Source of the DNA: Candidatus Berkelbacteria bacterium UBA1384
GTDB lineage: Bacteria > Patescibacteriota > UBA1384
Direction: 5' to 3'
Length of the DNA stretch: 41,147 bases
Assembly (NCBI GenBank): GCA_002305395.1
Contig: DBQW01000039.1
Span: forward strand, 7,651-48,797
This document shows, in pieces, positions 25,483 through 34,427 of the stretch (within the stretch, counting starts at the first letter, position 1; each line of letters opens with the position of its first letter). The position numbers were made by a program, and so were the translations under genes. The notes below the pieces were generated by a model. The model was not told the origin of the DNA, did no database searches, and saw nothing but the letters and a program-made list of their open reading frames with translations.

Positions 25483-26703
25483 TTACTGCCCGGGTTGCGA
25501 CGGCAAGTTGCCTGGCGCACTACTTAACCCCGCTAACCAGTTACCAATTTGAAACAATTTTTCCGGTACACTTACCCCAGCCATCCCTCTCTCTCCTAAA
25601 GAATTGCTGTTAGAGGGCATTCTCCCCATCGTTTGCTCCTCGCCACCAAACCAATAACGCCCTGTTTGGCTATCGCCCATAGTAACATCGATTACTCGCG
25701 AAGAGTCAATCCCTTCCTCGTTTTGTGCCTCTAGGCACTCACGGATTTTCTTTTCCGGGATTTCGCCAAGACTTTTTTGAAAGGTATCAAACCAAAAGTC
25801 GATATCTTCTTTAAGAAACTCTAGTGGTCCTCCGTCTTGAGTTAAGGCCTCATATACCTCGATGGGGCCACTGTTTTCCGCCACACTAATACTAAACGTT
25901 TCTCCCACCTTTTGCCAAAAAGCCTTTTCTCCGACATCTTTTGGACTTTCGAACTGGTTGGGATAATTTTCCATAATAAAACTGTCTAGCTGGAGACCTT
26001 TTAGCCTTTCTGCAACAAAGCTATTTTTGTCGCCCTTGGCGCTTTCGTATTCGTGAAATCGCTCGGCAATTACCTCTTGGGCAAAACTCCACTGCTCACT
26101 GGGCGATTTGCCACTTGCTAAATATTTTTGCGCCTGGCTTACAGTAAAATGACGCTCTAAGCCAACTATTCCTTGGTTGTTTATATATTTCCTTAGGTGG
26201 TCTGCAATTCCTTTATCACTCGCCCCACTGACAAGGCTATTATGCAAGCCTTCGAGGTCAACCACTGCTCCAGTGTGCACAATAGCGTGGGAGAGTTCGT
26301 GGCCAATTAAATACCCTATTCTCCCTTTTAGCTCTGCTTCATCGGTAATTTCGTTACCTTCTTCATCCTTAAAAGCGTTTTCAAAAAGGCGAAGTTTTTT
26401 TCCTTTTTCTAAGTCCCACACAAAGGCCGCAAGCATTGCCTCTTGCCCCTGGTCGTTTGGCGACATCTCTATTCGTTCGCCCACCAATTCCGCCAAGAGA
26501 TCGGTGCTTAAACCAAACTTTTCCGCTACTTTTGTAAAAGTTTCTTTAACCAGCTGTTCGTGCTTACTTAATACATCCGTAGCAAACTCTACGTTTATTT
26601 CGGCACGAGGTGGTGATAACTGCTCTCCTGTTTCTTCTTGCGTTGCCTCTTCTACTGTTTGCTCCTCGGGTTTAATTACCATTTCTGCTTCTAGGGTTGT
26701 CAT
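25483..26703 (-). CDS. acidic hypothetical protein with an HExxH motif (putative zinc metallopeptidase-like)
   Basis: 406 aa with ..IGYLIGHELSHAIVHTG.. It is the last gene of the operon headed by the 1038-aa membrane protein. Confidence 0.55.
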   Translation of the reverse strand: MTTLEAEMVIKPEEQTVEEATQEETGEQLSPPRAEINVEFATDVLSKHEQLVKETFTKVAEKFGLSTDLLAELVGERIEMSPNDQGQEAMLAAFVWDLEKGKKLRLFENAFKDEEGNEITDEAELKGRIGYLIGHELSHAIVHTGAVVDLEGLHNSLVSGASDKGIADHLRKYINNQGIVGLERHFTVSQAQKYLASGKSPSEQWSFAQEVIAERFHEYESAKGDKNSFVAERLKGLQLDSFIMENYPNQFESPKDVGEKAFWQKVGETFSISVAENSGPIEVYEALTQDGGPLEFLKEDIDFWFDTFQKSLGEIPEKKIRECLEAQNEEGIDSSRVIDVTMGDSQTGRYWFGGEEQTMGRMPSNSNSLGERGMAGVSVPEKLFQIGNWLAGLSSAPGNLPSQPGQ

Positions 26704-26715
26704 TGTTATTATTTT

Positions 26716-27228
26716 TTAGTAAATACTTTCTGGGCTTTCTAGTACCCTGGCATAATACATTTTTTCCGCCACCCGAATAGAAAGCCAGTTTTTTTCTTCT
26801 GGGGAAAAGATACGCCCACTGTTAAGAAAGCCTATAATTTCCCCGTCTCGCAACGCTTCGAGGCAAGGCAAGACCACTTCCGAGGCAATTAGCAGATCGT
26901 CGAGCCAATAGGGGATACTTTCGGGGTTGCGAACAATTCCCGGATAGTACTTGCTTAACAAAAAGTGCGCCTCGTCGAGCTCCTGGTCGCTGTACTGTAC
27001 CTCATTGCGAATATCGTTAAGCACTTTTCTTACCGGCTCAATACCAGCCACTATTTCTTGCAATGGCAATTTGTAAAGGTGGTTAAAAACTAAATAAAGC
27101 GCCGTATTAAACTTATTGTTAGTTGCCGCTTGGCCACACAAAACAAAAAACTGCACTCGTGCCAGGAGGTACTCCTCGACTATTTGCTCTACTTCTTTGG
27201 TAGAATTATTATTTACTGTGTTGGCCAT
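26716..27228 (-). CDS. hypothetical small cytosolic protein
   Basis: 170-aa ORF, tightly spaced between the flanking operon genes. I see no recognisable motif. Confidence 0.65.
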   Translation of the reverse strand: MANTVNNNSTKEVEQIVEEYLLARVQFFVLCGQAATNNKFNTALYLVFNHLYKLPLQEIVAGIEPVRKVLNDIRNEVQYSDQELDEAHFLLSKYYPGIVRNPESIPYWLDDLLIASEVVLPCLEALRDGEIIGFLNSGRIFSPEEKNWLSIRVAEKMYYARVLESPESIY

Positions 27229-27239
27229 TTTTATTCTCC

Positions 27240-30200
27240 CTATTGTCTAGTAGGTGGTGGTGGTAGATTGTTCCTTGATGGCTGGACAGGAGGTGGGGTC
27301 GGTTTTCTTAGCATTGTCTCCGTTGCTTGCTGCGCTAGTCTTTGCCCTGCTAATTGACCAGCTTGCATTCCTTCTGCCGTCCTCTGAAACGCGGACGCAA
27401 CTGCCTCCATCCTAGTCATTGCCTGGGTGAAATCGGCGCTATTTACGCCTCCTCCTCCTCTTGAGTCTACAGCACTTGCAAGTATTCCTTGTATTTTTTT
27501 ATTTACGTCCATTTCTCTATTATTCCTTATAGCGTCCATAGCGTCCATTTGTTCCGAGGATTTTTTGTCCATGTGCGCACCAAACGCTGCCGCGGTATAA
27601 AGTACAGCCTCTTCGTTTACATCTGCGTCCTTAAACGCATCTCTAATTTCTCGCACTGTTCTGTTGCCAAGCTCCACGGCCTCTGGAGAGGCGGCGCCAG
27701 TCCTACTTAATACCTCTCCTAGTTCTTGTATTCTAATATTCGGTCCACCATAAGTACCCATAGCAGGCATCAAACCTTCCGCCGGGTTATAGCCAGCAAC
27801 TGCCCGCTTTCTTTGCTGAATTTCGTAGGCGGGCTCTCCAGTAGTAAGCATTTCGCTAAACGTGGCACTCGCCCCATAAGAACGACCGGCGGATTTAAGA
27901 AAGTTAGAGGCCATATAGAGCTTAGAAAAATCATCGAGGTTTCCCTTGTAACCAATCTGTCGCGCCATTGGCCACGCCTTGCGCGGCGACTGCTCTATAA
28001 GGCGCGCTATTTGGTCGGGCGATAAGTTGCGGCTTAACCGCCTTACTTCTTGCAACAGCTCGGGGTACTGCCAGTAACGATATTTTTCCGCATATTCACC
28101 CACTACAGTGCTTCCTGCCACCTGCTCGCCTGCGAGCATTTCGAATGCTTTTGTGCCAAGAAACATTTCTCTTCTTAGTTTTTTAAGGTTTGCCTCTCTG
28201 TCTCTTGTTGCATCGAGGGCGTTTTCCCCGATGCTCATTAGATTGCCTAGGCTAAGCCACTTCATTAAGGAGTTTACCACAGCCGAGCCCTTCCCCTCCG
28301 TTTCGCCAGCGGCAATTTTTTTGGCGGCATCTCTGTAGGTTCCCTTGTCGTCTACTCCTTTTTGTGCCGCCAAAAGAGCCCCTGGTGAAGCCATTCTGCC
28401 ACCTTCATCCATAAGCGATTCCCTATACATTTCAACCGCTCTGAGTTCAGCTCTCTTCCTTTCTTCTTCGTTAAGCTCACCAACTACTTTTCCTCCATCT
28501 CTTGCCACCTCTAGCTCTGCCTCTCTTTTGAAGCGGCCGATACCTGTATCTAAATCATACTTTTGGTTTATTTTTGCCACCTCTTCATTGTACCTCTTCT
28601 CTTCCTCGCTAAGAAGCCGCTCTCTATCGACAGGGCTAGTGTTGTTATCACTCTCGATTTTCCCGATTTCCTTTAAATGCCCCCGTTCTGCTTCTTCCTG
28701 TTTTCTCGTATGCTCCGTTTGTTGACCTTCTTTCAGTAAATTGGCAGCGATACGAGCCCTTGCCCTTCCCCCACCCCAGGGCGACCGTGCACCTTGTTCT
28801 ATAATTCTACTTAATACTTGCTCCCTATCTTTTCCACTCTTCACCGCAGCTTGCACTTCTTGTTTCACGCCACCCCTACCGATTAACCGCCACCCCCCTT
28901 CTGCGTACCTCGAGCCCCAGGTGTCAAACCTGCCCATCACCCGGTCTTTTACCTCTTTACCCCTTTGCAGGGCGGAGCCACCGACGGCAAGACCACCAAT
29001 ACCTAACCCCATAAGCGCCTTGGCGCCGTCTTTTGCACCATTGGCAAGAGCAACAGCGTCTTTACCCAGCATAAAAGGAATGCGAATTGCAAACGCAAAA
29101 AGTGCTACACAAACAAAAATAGGGGCCGAGACACCGGCGATCTCCGCAACGGATTGTTTTACTGTTACACCGGGGGTAAGCCACGCAAACATCGCTTTAA
29201 GAATAGTGGCCATAATCTTGCCCACATTGGCAAGACCTATTATTACACTAGCAGCATATAGAATAAGCATTGTAAGTGGCCACATTATTATCCAGTTCAC
29301 AAGGATCTGTAACCATTTATTAAACGCCTTTTGCGTTTGGGGTAGCACCGCGCACATAATCATTGCCGGAGCAAACATTGCAATTGCGCTTACAATAATT
29401 GGTTGAAAGGTTAAAATTAGACCCAATATTGTCATAACAATAAAAAGACCAAGGAAAATTACTCCTATTACAATTGCTATAAGCGGAGCAATGGGAATTA
29501 AAAGAAACAAGGGGGCAATTATTGACATAAGTGACTGGAGCAAGCCATCGATGCCACTAATAATGGCACTATACATAGAGTCAGGAATAACCTGGTTGCT
29601 CATACCATAAACCAAGCCAATAAAAAGCCAACTAGTATTGGCAGCAATAAGCGCCCCAATTAAAAGAGGAAGCATACGCTTAACGGCGTAGGTATTTAGG
29701 TTTAAACGCAGAATATTGGCAAAGGCAACAATAATAAGCACGAGCACCCCTAAAATGTTCGCCAACTGCGTTAGTCCCCGCCAGACCACATACGCCCAGC
29801 CAGACCGCCCCTTAAGGAATTGGTTGATTTCTGGATTATCACGACTTGCGACAATGTTTTTAATATCAAAGGCGTATTCCAGCATTTTCGCCAGAGCATA
29901 GCCAACTTTATCACCAATAAAACAGAAAACCCGACCAAGAAGTGAGCCTACTATCCCCGCTTCTTCCTCGAACTGCTCCCTGCATTTTTTTACAAAAGGG
30001 TCTTCGCTGGCGGCGCTAGCGGCGGGATCCGCCGAAGCGCCACTAGCTGTTGTGCCCGCGCTAGTTGCGGCAGTAGATGAACCGGCAGTAGCGGAAGAAC
30101 CCGGGGAAGAACTAGTTGTGGCGGGAGAGGAGGCAGTAGGCGAAGGGGTGGCAGAGCCAGGGTCACTTGCCACACTTGCACCAGTTGCGCTAGGGATGGG

Positions 30201-30356
30201 CGCATCGCTTGTTGGTAGAGGGTCGGCGCCTACTGTTTTGGGAAATCCACCACCCAAAATAGCAGAAACGCTATAGGTACCACCGAACAAAACAACAACG
30301 GTAATGAGGGAGATTATTATCTTCTTTCCCCTGTTGATTGGCCTATATTTTGCCAA
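27240..30356 (-). CDS. large polytopic membrane protein with a long hydrophilic tail (paralog of 2125..4851; possibly TrbL/VirB6-like)
   Basis: 1038 aa with a TTG start after AAGGAGGG. It has an N-terminal anchor, an S/T/A/P-rich linker, a multi-TM block with ANILRLNLNT, and a roughly 550-aa E/R/K/A-rich tail ending in a P-rich stretch. Confidence 0.6.
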   Translation of the reverse strand: MAKYRPINRGKKIIISLITVVVLFGGTYSVSAILGGGFPKTVGADPLPTSDAPIPSATGASVASDPGSATPSPTASSPATTSSSPGSSATAGSSTAATSAGTTASGASADPAASAASEDPFVKKCREQFEEEAGIVGSLLGRVFCFIGDKVGYALAKMLEYAFDIKNIVASRDNPEINQFLKGRSGWAYVVWRGLTQLANILGVLVLIIVAFANILRLNLNTYAVKRMLPLLIGALIAANTSWLFIGLVYGMSNQVIPDSMYSAIISGIDGLLQSLMSIIAPLFLLIPIAPLIAIVIGVIFLGLFIVMTILGLILTFQPIIVSAIAMFAPAMIMCAVLPQTQKAFNKWLQILVNWIIMWPLTMLILYAASVIIGLANVGKIMATILKAMFAWLTPGVTVKQSVAEIAGVSAPIFVCVALFAFAIRIPFMLGKDAVALANGAKDGAKALMGLGIGGLAVGGSALQRGKEVKDRVMGRFDTWGSRYAEGGWRLIGRGGVKQEVQAAVKSGKDREQVLSRIIEQGARSPWGGGRARARIAANLLKEGQQTEHTRKQEEAERGHLKEIGKIESDNNTSPVDRERLLSEEEKRYNEEVAKINQKYDLDTGIGRFKREAELEVARDGGKVVGELNEEERKRAELRAVEMYRESLMDEGGRMASPGALLAAQKGVDDKGTYRDAAKKIAAGETEGKGSAVVNSLMKWLSLGNLMSIGENALDATRDREANLKKLRREMFLGTKAFEMLAGEQVAGSTVVGEYAEKYRYWQYPELLQEVRRLSRNLSPDQIARLIEQSPRKAWPMARQIGYKGNLDDFSKLYMASNFLKSAGRSYGASATFSEMLTTGEPAYEIQQRKRAVAGYNPAEGLMPAMGTYGGPNIRIQELGEVLSRTGAASPEAVELGNRTVREIRDAFKDADVNEEAVLYTAAAFGAHMDKKSSEQMDAMDAIRNNREMDVNKKIQGILASAVDSRGGGGVNSADFTQAMTRMEAVASAFQRTAEGMQAGQLAGQRLAQQATETMLRKPTPPPVQPSRNNLPPPPTRQ

Positions 30357-30417
30357 CAGACCCTCCTTTGATAGTATATGCTACTATTATACTAAATATT
30401 ATAAAAAATATCTCTAG

Positions 30418-30438
30418 TGTTACGGTCCATAACATATT
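30418..30438. promoter_or_regulatory. inverted-repeat box TGTTACGGTCCATAACATATT (copy 1 of 3)
   Basis: This 21-nt sequence is identical to 41127-41147, and the core TGTTACGGTCCATA recurs at 40627-40640. It lies 62 nt upstream of the 1038-aa gene start. ATGTTA/TAACAT-type arms flank CGGTCCA. Confidence 0.6.
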
Positions 30439-30512
30439 GTAAAAGTTCATTAACATATTGGACTTTTGAGAATCTATAAATGTATTAATAATGTATCACA
30501 GTAGCGTTTTCT

Positions 30513-30550
30513 GCATTTACTTCGATACTGGGAAGTATCGAAGTAAATGC
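30513..30550. other. perfect 17-bp hairpin with GGGA tetraloop
   Basis: GCATTTACTTCGATACT-GGGA-AGTATCGAAGTAAATGC. There is no flanking T-run on either strand. Confidence 0.8.
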
Positions 30551-30576
30551 ACCGTAATATAAAGTGGCAAGGGTTT

Positions 30577-31101
30577 TTATCGTTCGAGACGCGAAGCGCC
30601 GCAGTCGTCGCTCTTATCGTTCGAGGTGTAATCGCCGAGAACTCTGAACCGTCATTTTATCGTTCGAGGATTATTATCCGAGAACTATCTACCGTTGATG
30701 CTAGGACTAACGTAATAGTTCTCGCTTCCGCTCGAACGGTAAAGGGTGCCGCGTCGTTACTCTTATTGTTCGAGGTGTACCCACCGAGAACTCTGAACCA
30801 TCATCTTATCGTTCGAGGCGTAATCGCCGAGAACTCCCGATTGCTAGTGCTGAAACTGACGTTGTAGCTTGCCCCGCCTTTTTAGGCGGGGTTCTCGCTT
30901 CCGCTCGAACAGTAACAGGTGTGACGGAGAGTTCTCGCTTCCGCTCGAACAGTAAAGGGGGCAACAGTCGCCATTTTTTATTGTTCGAGAGAATTGCGCG
31001 TAGCGCCATCTCGAGAACTACTAGACGCTGATACTGGAACTCGCGCAGAGTTCTCGCTTCCGCTCGAACGGTAAAGAACTCTCACTCCGTTCGAACGGTA
31101 A
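30577..31101 (+). repeat. mosaic hairpin-repeat cluster C5 (about 11 units, 1 H element)
   Basis: It has F and R units plus tandem R-R junctions TCTGAACCRTCAT. It ends 70 nt upstream of the lysK start. Confidence 0.95.
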
Positions 31102-31170
31102 CAAGTTTCTCGAAAATCTGCTATTTGCTGGTATTGTGCTTTGATCACAAACCGAGTAGAGTAAAAGATA

Positions 31171-32709
31171 ATGAATAAATATTGGGCAAGCCAAATTGCC
31201 GACCAAGTTTTAATAGGTCGCCCCGGCACCATTACTCTTGCCACAGGCATCACTCCTAGTGGTCCATATCATATTGGTCATTTGCGGGAAATGATCATTA
31301 CCGATGCCTTAAACGACGAACTGGCAAGCCGTGGCGTTAAAACCCGCTTTATTTATTTTATAGACGACCTCGATAACCTCAGAAAGTTATATCCCTTTTT
31401 ACCCAAAAGCTTTGCGCGTTACGTTCACTACCCTATTTGCAACATTCCCTCCCCCGAAAAATCGGGCGAAACCTACACGCAATATTTTCTTAAACCCTTT
31501 GAAGAGGCGCTAAAAAAACTGGGGATAAGTGTCGAGTTTCACTATGCCCACCAGTACTACCAACAAGGAAAGATGACCAGCTCCATTACAAAAGCTCTAG
31601 AAAAAAGAGACGAAATTGCAGAGATTCTTTCTCGTATTTCTGGTCGCAAGCTTCCTGAGGATTGGCAACCCTTTGAGCCCCTCGATAAAACAACGGGCAA
31701 AATTCGTGGAGCACGCATATTAGATGTAGATACAAAAAACACTCGCGTCCGCTATTTAAGCGAGAACGGCAAAAAATACTGGGCTGATTATTCCAGGGGA
31801 GAAGGGAAACTACCATGGCGCATCGATTGGCCAGCACGTTGGGCGTTGCTCGATGTCGCCTTTGAGCCTTTTGGCAAAGAACATGCAGCCGCCGGTGGTA
31901 GCTACGACGTCGGCGCGGAAATAGCGCAAAAAATCTATGGCAAAACTGCCCCGGAGTACGTTGTCTATGAGCATGTCTATCTTAAAGGTGAGCAGAAAAA
32001 AATGAGTGCCTCTCTTGGTAACTTAATTTCGCTAGACGAGTTTTTAAACATAGTACCGCCCGCCGTTGCCCGCTATTTTGTTTTACGCTCGCGCAACGAG
32101 CGCCACATTGTTTTTGATCCTGGTGAGGGCTTAATGCAATTAACCGACGAATTTGCGCGCTTGGAACAAAAAGTAACGGAGGGGCAAGCAAGTACTGCCG
32201 AACAAAGCGTGTACCGCCTGTCGCAGGTTACCGACGAAAAAGTTTCTATCGAGGTTCCCTTTAGCCACCTGGTCAACGTGGTACAGGCCGCGCAAGGCAA
32301 TATCGACGAAATTCAACGCCTCCTTAAACGTACAGGTCATGTTGCATCCTTAAAAAGCGATGCCGAACTTAAAGAGCAAGTAAAAAGAGTAAAGTTGTGG
32401 CTTAAAAAATATGCCCCCGAAAATATTAAATTCAAAATTCTTAGCAACCCCCCTTCGCTTACCCTCGAAAACAAAGAGGAAAAAATGTTGCAAGCCGTAG
32501 CGCATACAGTAGAGCATGGCCTTGTCGGCATTGATTTACACAATGCTATTTACGAGGCGGGACGCGCAGAGGGCCTTAAGCCAAGAGAGACATTTGCTTT
32601 GATTTACAAAATATTTCTTGGAAAAGATTCAGGACCAAAAGCAGGCTTCTTTTTAAGTATGCTCGAAAAAGACTTTGTCTTGCAACGGCTAAGGCATTAT
32701 ACAAAATAA
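31171..32709 (+). CDS. lysK: lysyl-tRNA synthetase, class I
   Basis: 512 aa with a HIGH-type motif (..PSGPYHIGHLRE..) and a KMSKS-type motif (..KKMSASLGN..). The length and layout fit class I LysRS rather than class II. Confidence 0.85.
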   Translation: MNKYWASQIADQVLIGRPGTITLATGITPSGPYHIGHLREMIITDALNDELASRGVKTRFIYFIDDLDNLRKLYPFLPKSFARYVHYPICNIPSPEKSGETYTQYFLKPFEEALKKLGISVEFHYAHQYYQQGKMTSSITKALEKRDEIAEILSRISGRKLPEDWQPFEPLDKTTGKIRGARILDVDTKNTRVRYLSENGKKYWADYSRGEGKLPWRIDWPARWALLDVAFEPFGKEHAAAGGSYDVGAEIAQKIYGKTAPEYVVYEHVYLKGEQKKMSASLGNLISLDEFLNIVPPAVARYFVLRSRNERHIVFDPGEGLMQLTDEFARLEQKVTEGQASTAEQSVYRLSQVTDEKVSIEVPFSHLVNVVQAAQGNIDEIQRLLKRTGHVASLKSDAELKEQVKRVKLWLKKYAPENIKFKILSNPPSLTLENKEEKMLQAVAHTVEHGLVGIDLHNAIYEAGRAEGLKPRETFALIYKIFLGKDSGPKAGFFLSMLEKDFVLQRLRHYTK

Positions 32710-32746
32710 ATTGTTTATTAGCCTTTGCTCCGTTATTGTATTTGGC

Positions 32747-33401
32747 TACTATTCGAGCGGAAGCGAGAACTTTTTTACTGTTCGAGCGGAAGCGAGAACT
32801 ATCACGTTAGTCCTGATATCAGCGTCTGATAGTTCTCGGTGAGTACACCTCGAACAATAAAAAATAACGACCGTTGCCCCCCCTTTACTGTTCGAGCGGA
32901 AGCGAGAACTTTTTACTGTTCGAAGAGTATCCGCCATAGGCGGAACGATGAGAACTATTTACGTGGGATTTGATACTAGCGGTCGATAGTTCTCGTCGCT
33001 TTGCTCCTCGAACGATAAAATGACGGTTCAGAGTTCTCGGGTAGTAACCCTCGAACAGTAAAAACCTACGGTCAGGAGCTTGCCCCGCCCCACCGGGCGG
33101 GGTTCTCGGATAGTAATCCTCGAACAATAAAAAATGATGACCGTCGCCCCCTTTACTGTTCGAGCGGAAGCGAGAACTAATGCGACAGTTCCAGTACTAG
33201 TGATCGGGAGTTCTCGGTGGGTACACCTCGAACAATAAAAAATGATGACCGTCGCCCCCTTTACCGTTCGAGCGGGAGCGAGAACTGCCTCGTCATTTTC
33301 AGTATCAACGCTAGTAGTTCTCGAGATGGCACTTCGTGCGTTCTCTCGAACGATAAGGGTAACGACCGCGGCACCTGTTACTGTTCGAGCGAAGTGAGAA
33401 C
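32747..33401 (-). repeat. mosaic hairpin-repeat cluster C6 (about 15 units, 1 H element), inverted orientation
   Basis: It begins 38 nt after the lysK stop. R-type inner stems here include GGTG/CACC, GGGT/ACCC and GGAT/ATCC. Confidence 0.95.
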
Positions 33402-33462
33402 TTCGCTTAAAAAGGCGGGTTTCTTGGTACTTGTGCAGCATTAATTATTTTTTGTTATAATA

Positions 33463-34257
33463 ATGGCAATGAGTACACGTGCCTGGGTAATATGGGTTGT
33501 GGTAATAGTCGCTATTATCGGTGGTGGCTTTTTTGCCTATTGGTATTTTGCGGTACGCGGTGCCGTAAGCGCCGATGTATCCACAGATACCACAAACCTC
33601 GCCACTACCGCCACCCCCGCCAACACTACAATTACAATAAAAGAAGGCTGGAACTTCGTTTCTTTCCCCTATAACTCGGTAACCTCGGTACAAGCACTGC
33701 AAACAAAACTCGCCACCAGAACAGAACTAAAAGGTATGTACCGCTGGTCTGGCTCGACGTGGTCTGATGTCATTGCAGAAAATGTCTTAAAGCCTGGCAC
33801 CGGTTATCTTGCCTATTTTAGCAAAGCGGCAACGGTAGATCTCGGCACCACCAAAGAAACAGCCTACAAAAAAGCCGAAGTGCCTCTCGCCAAAGGTTGG
33901 CAACTAGTGGGTAAGCCAATCGACAGTACCGTAACTTTTAAGGCAACGGGAAGCACTTCGAGTAGTTTCTTACCCCATAGCGATTTTTCAATAAAACTCA
34001 CCGATGGCACTACTGGCTCTATGCTAGAGGCAATCAGCAAAGGCTATATTAGCGCCCCCCTCTTTATGCAAAATAATCAATCAAGCTACTCGTATCTTAA
34101 ACTTTATGACTTATCGGGCAACAGTGTTCCCGATTTCAGCGCCTTTTGGGTTATGCCAAAGTCAAACAATGTAGAAAGTATAATTTTCTCCACGGGCGGA
34201 AGCGCCACTGGGACCACCGTAAGTCGTTCTAGCCTAGAAACAGGTGATGCACGCTAA
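33463..34257 (+). CDS. hypothetical membrane-anchored surface protein
   Basis: 264 aa with an N-terminal TM (AWVIWVVVIVAIIGGGFFAYWYF), a T-rich linker and repeated GW(N/Q)(F/L)V motifs. Confidence 0.7.
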   Translation: MAMSTRAWVIWVVVIVAIIGGGFFAYWYFAVRGAVSADVSTDTTNLATTATPANTTITIKEGWNFVSFPYNSVTSVQALQTKLATRTELKGMYRWSGSTWSDVIAENVLKPGTGYLAYFSKAATVDLGTTKETAYKKAEVPLAKGWQLVGKPIDSTVTFKATGSTSSSFLPHSDFSIKLTDGTTGSMLEAISKGYISAPLFMQNNQSSYSYLKLYDLSGNSVPDFSAFWVMPKSNNVESIIFSTGGSATGTTVSRSSLETGDAR

Positions 34258-34277
34258 ATACAAAGGAGCCGTTACTA

Positions 34278-34306
34278 TTGACAAACCTGTGCAGTTATGA
34301 TACACT
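34278..34306 (+). promoter_or_regulatory. sigma70-type promoter TTGACA-N17-(TGa)TACACT
   Basis: It has a consensus -35, a 17-nt spacer and an extended -10. It lies about 120 nt upstream of the UDG start, which implies a long leader. Confidence 0.55.
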
Positions 34307-34427
34307 ACCTATAAGCTTTTCAGTTCTATTTTCGCTTGCGTTGATAACACTTGGTGTAGCGCTACTTTTGTGAAAATGCCTTCCGTCTCGTCTTAACCAT
34401 AATTAATAAGTTGAACTTAGAAGCAAA

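Noticed and set aside
26177-29406. Long + strand ORFs antisense to the minus-strand operon (26177..26719, 28345..28725, 28741..29406), and similar antisense ORFs at 3135..4382.
   Set aside because: Their compositions are S/P/A/L-rich and low in complexity, which is typical of the antisense frame of charged, A/E/K-rich coding sequence. The sense ORFs are much longer and carry motifs and TM architecture.
30577-31170. A T-box or other aminoacyl-tRNA synthetase leader upstream of lysK.
   Set aside because: The region is fully accounted for by repeat units. I could not find a T-box sequence (AANNNGGGTGGTACCGCG-like) or a specifier-loop architecture.
32747-33401. TIGR-array or box C/D-like guide RNA idea. 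It was prompted by TGATGA (for example AAAAATGATGACCGTCG) and CTGA/TGATAC motifs in the linkers.
   Set aside because: - The motifs are not consistently paired or spaced as C/D or K-turn elements.
- The linkers are homologous rather than variable guides.
- The arrays are dispersed at many loci.
- I could not recognise a Nop-domain (Tas-like) protein among the window ORFs.

A genome-wide search would still be worthwhile.
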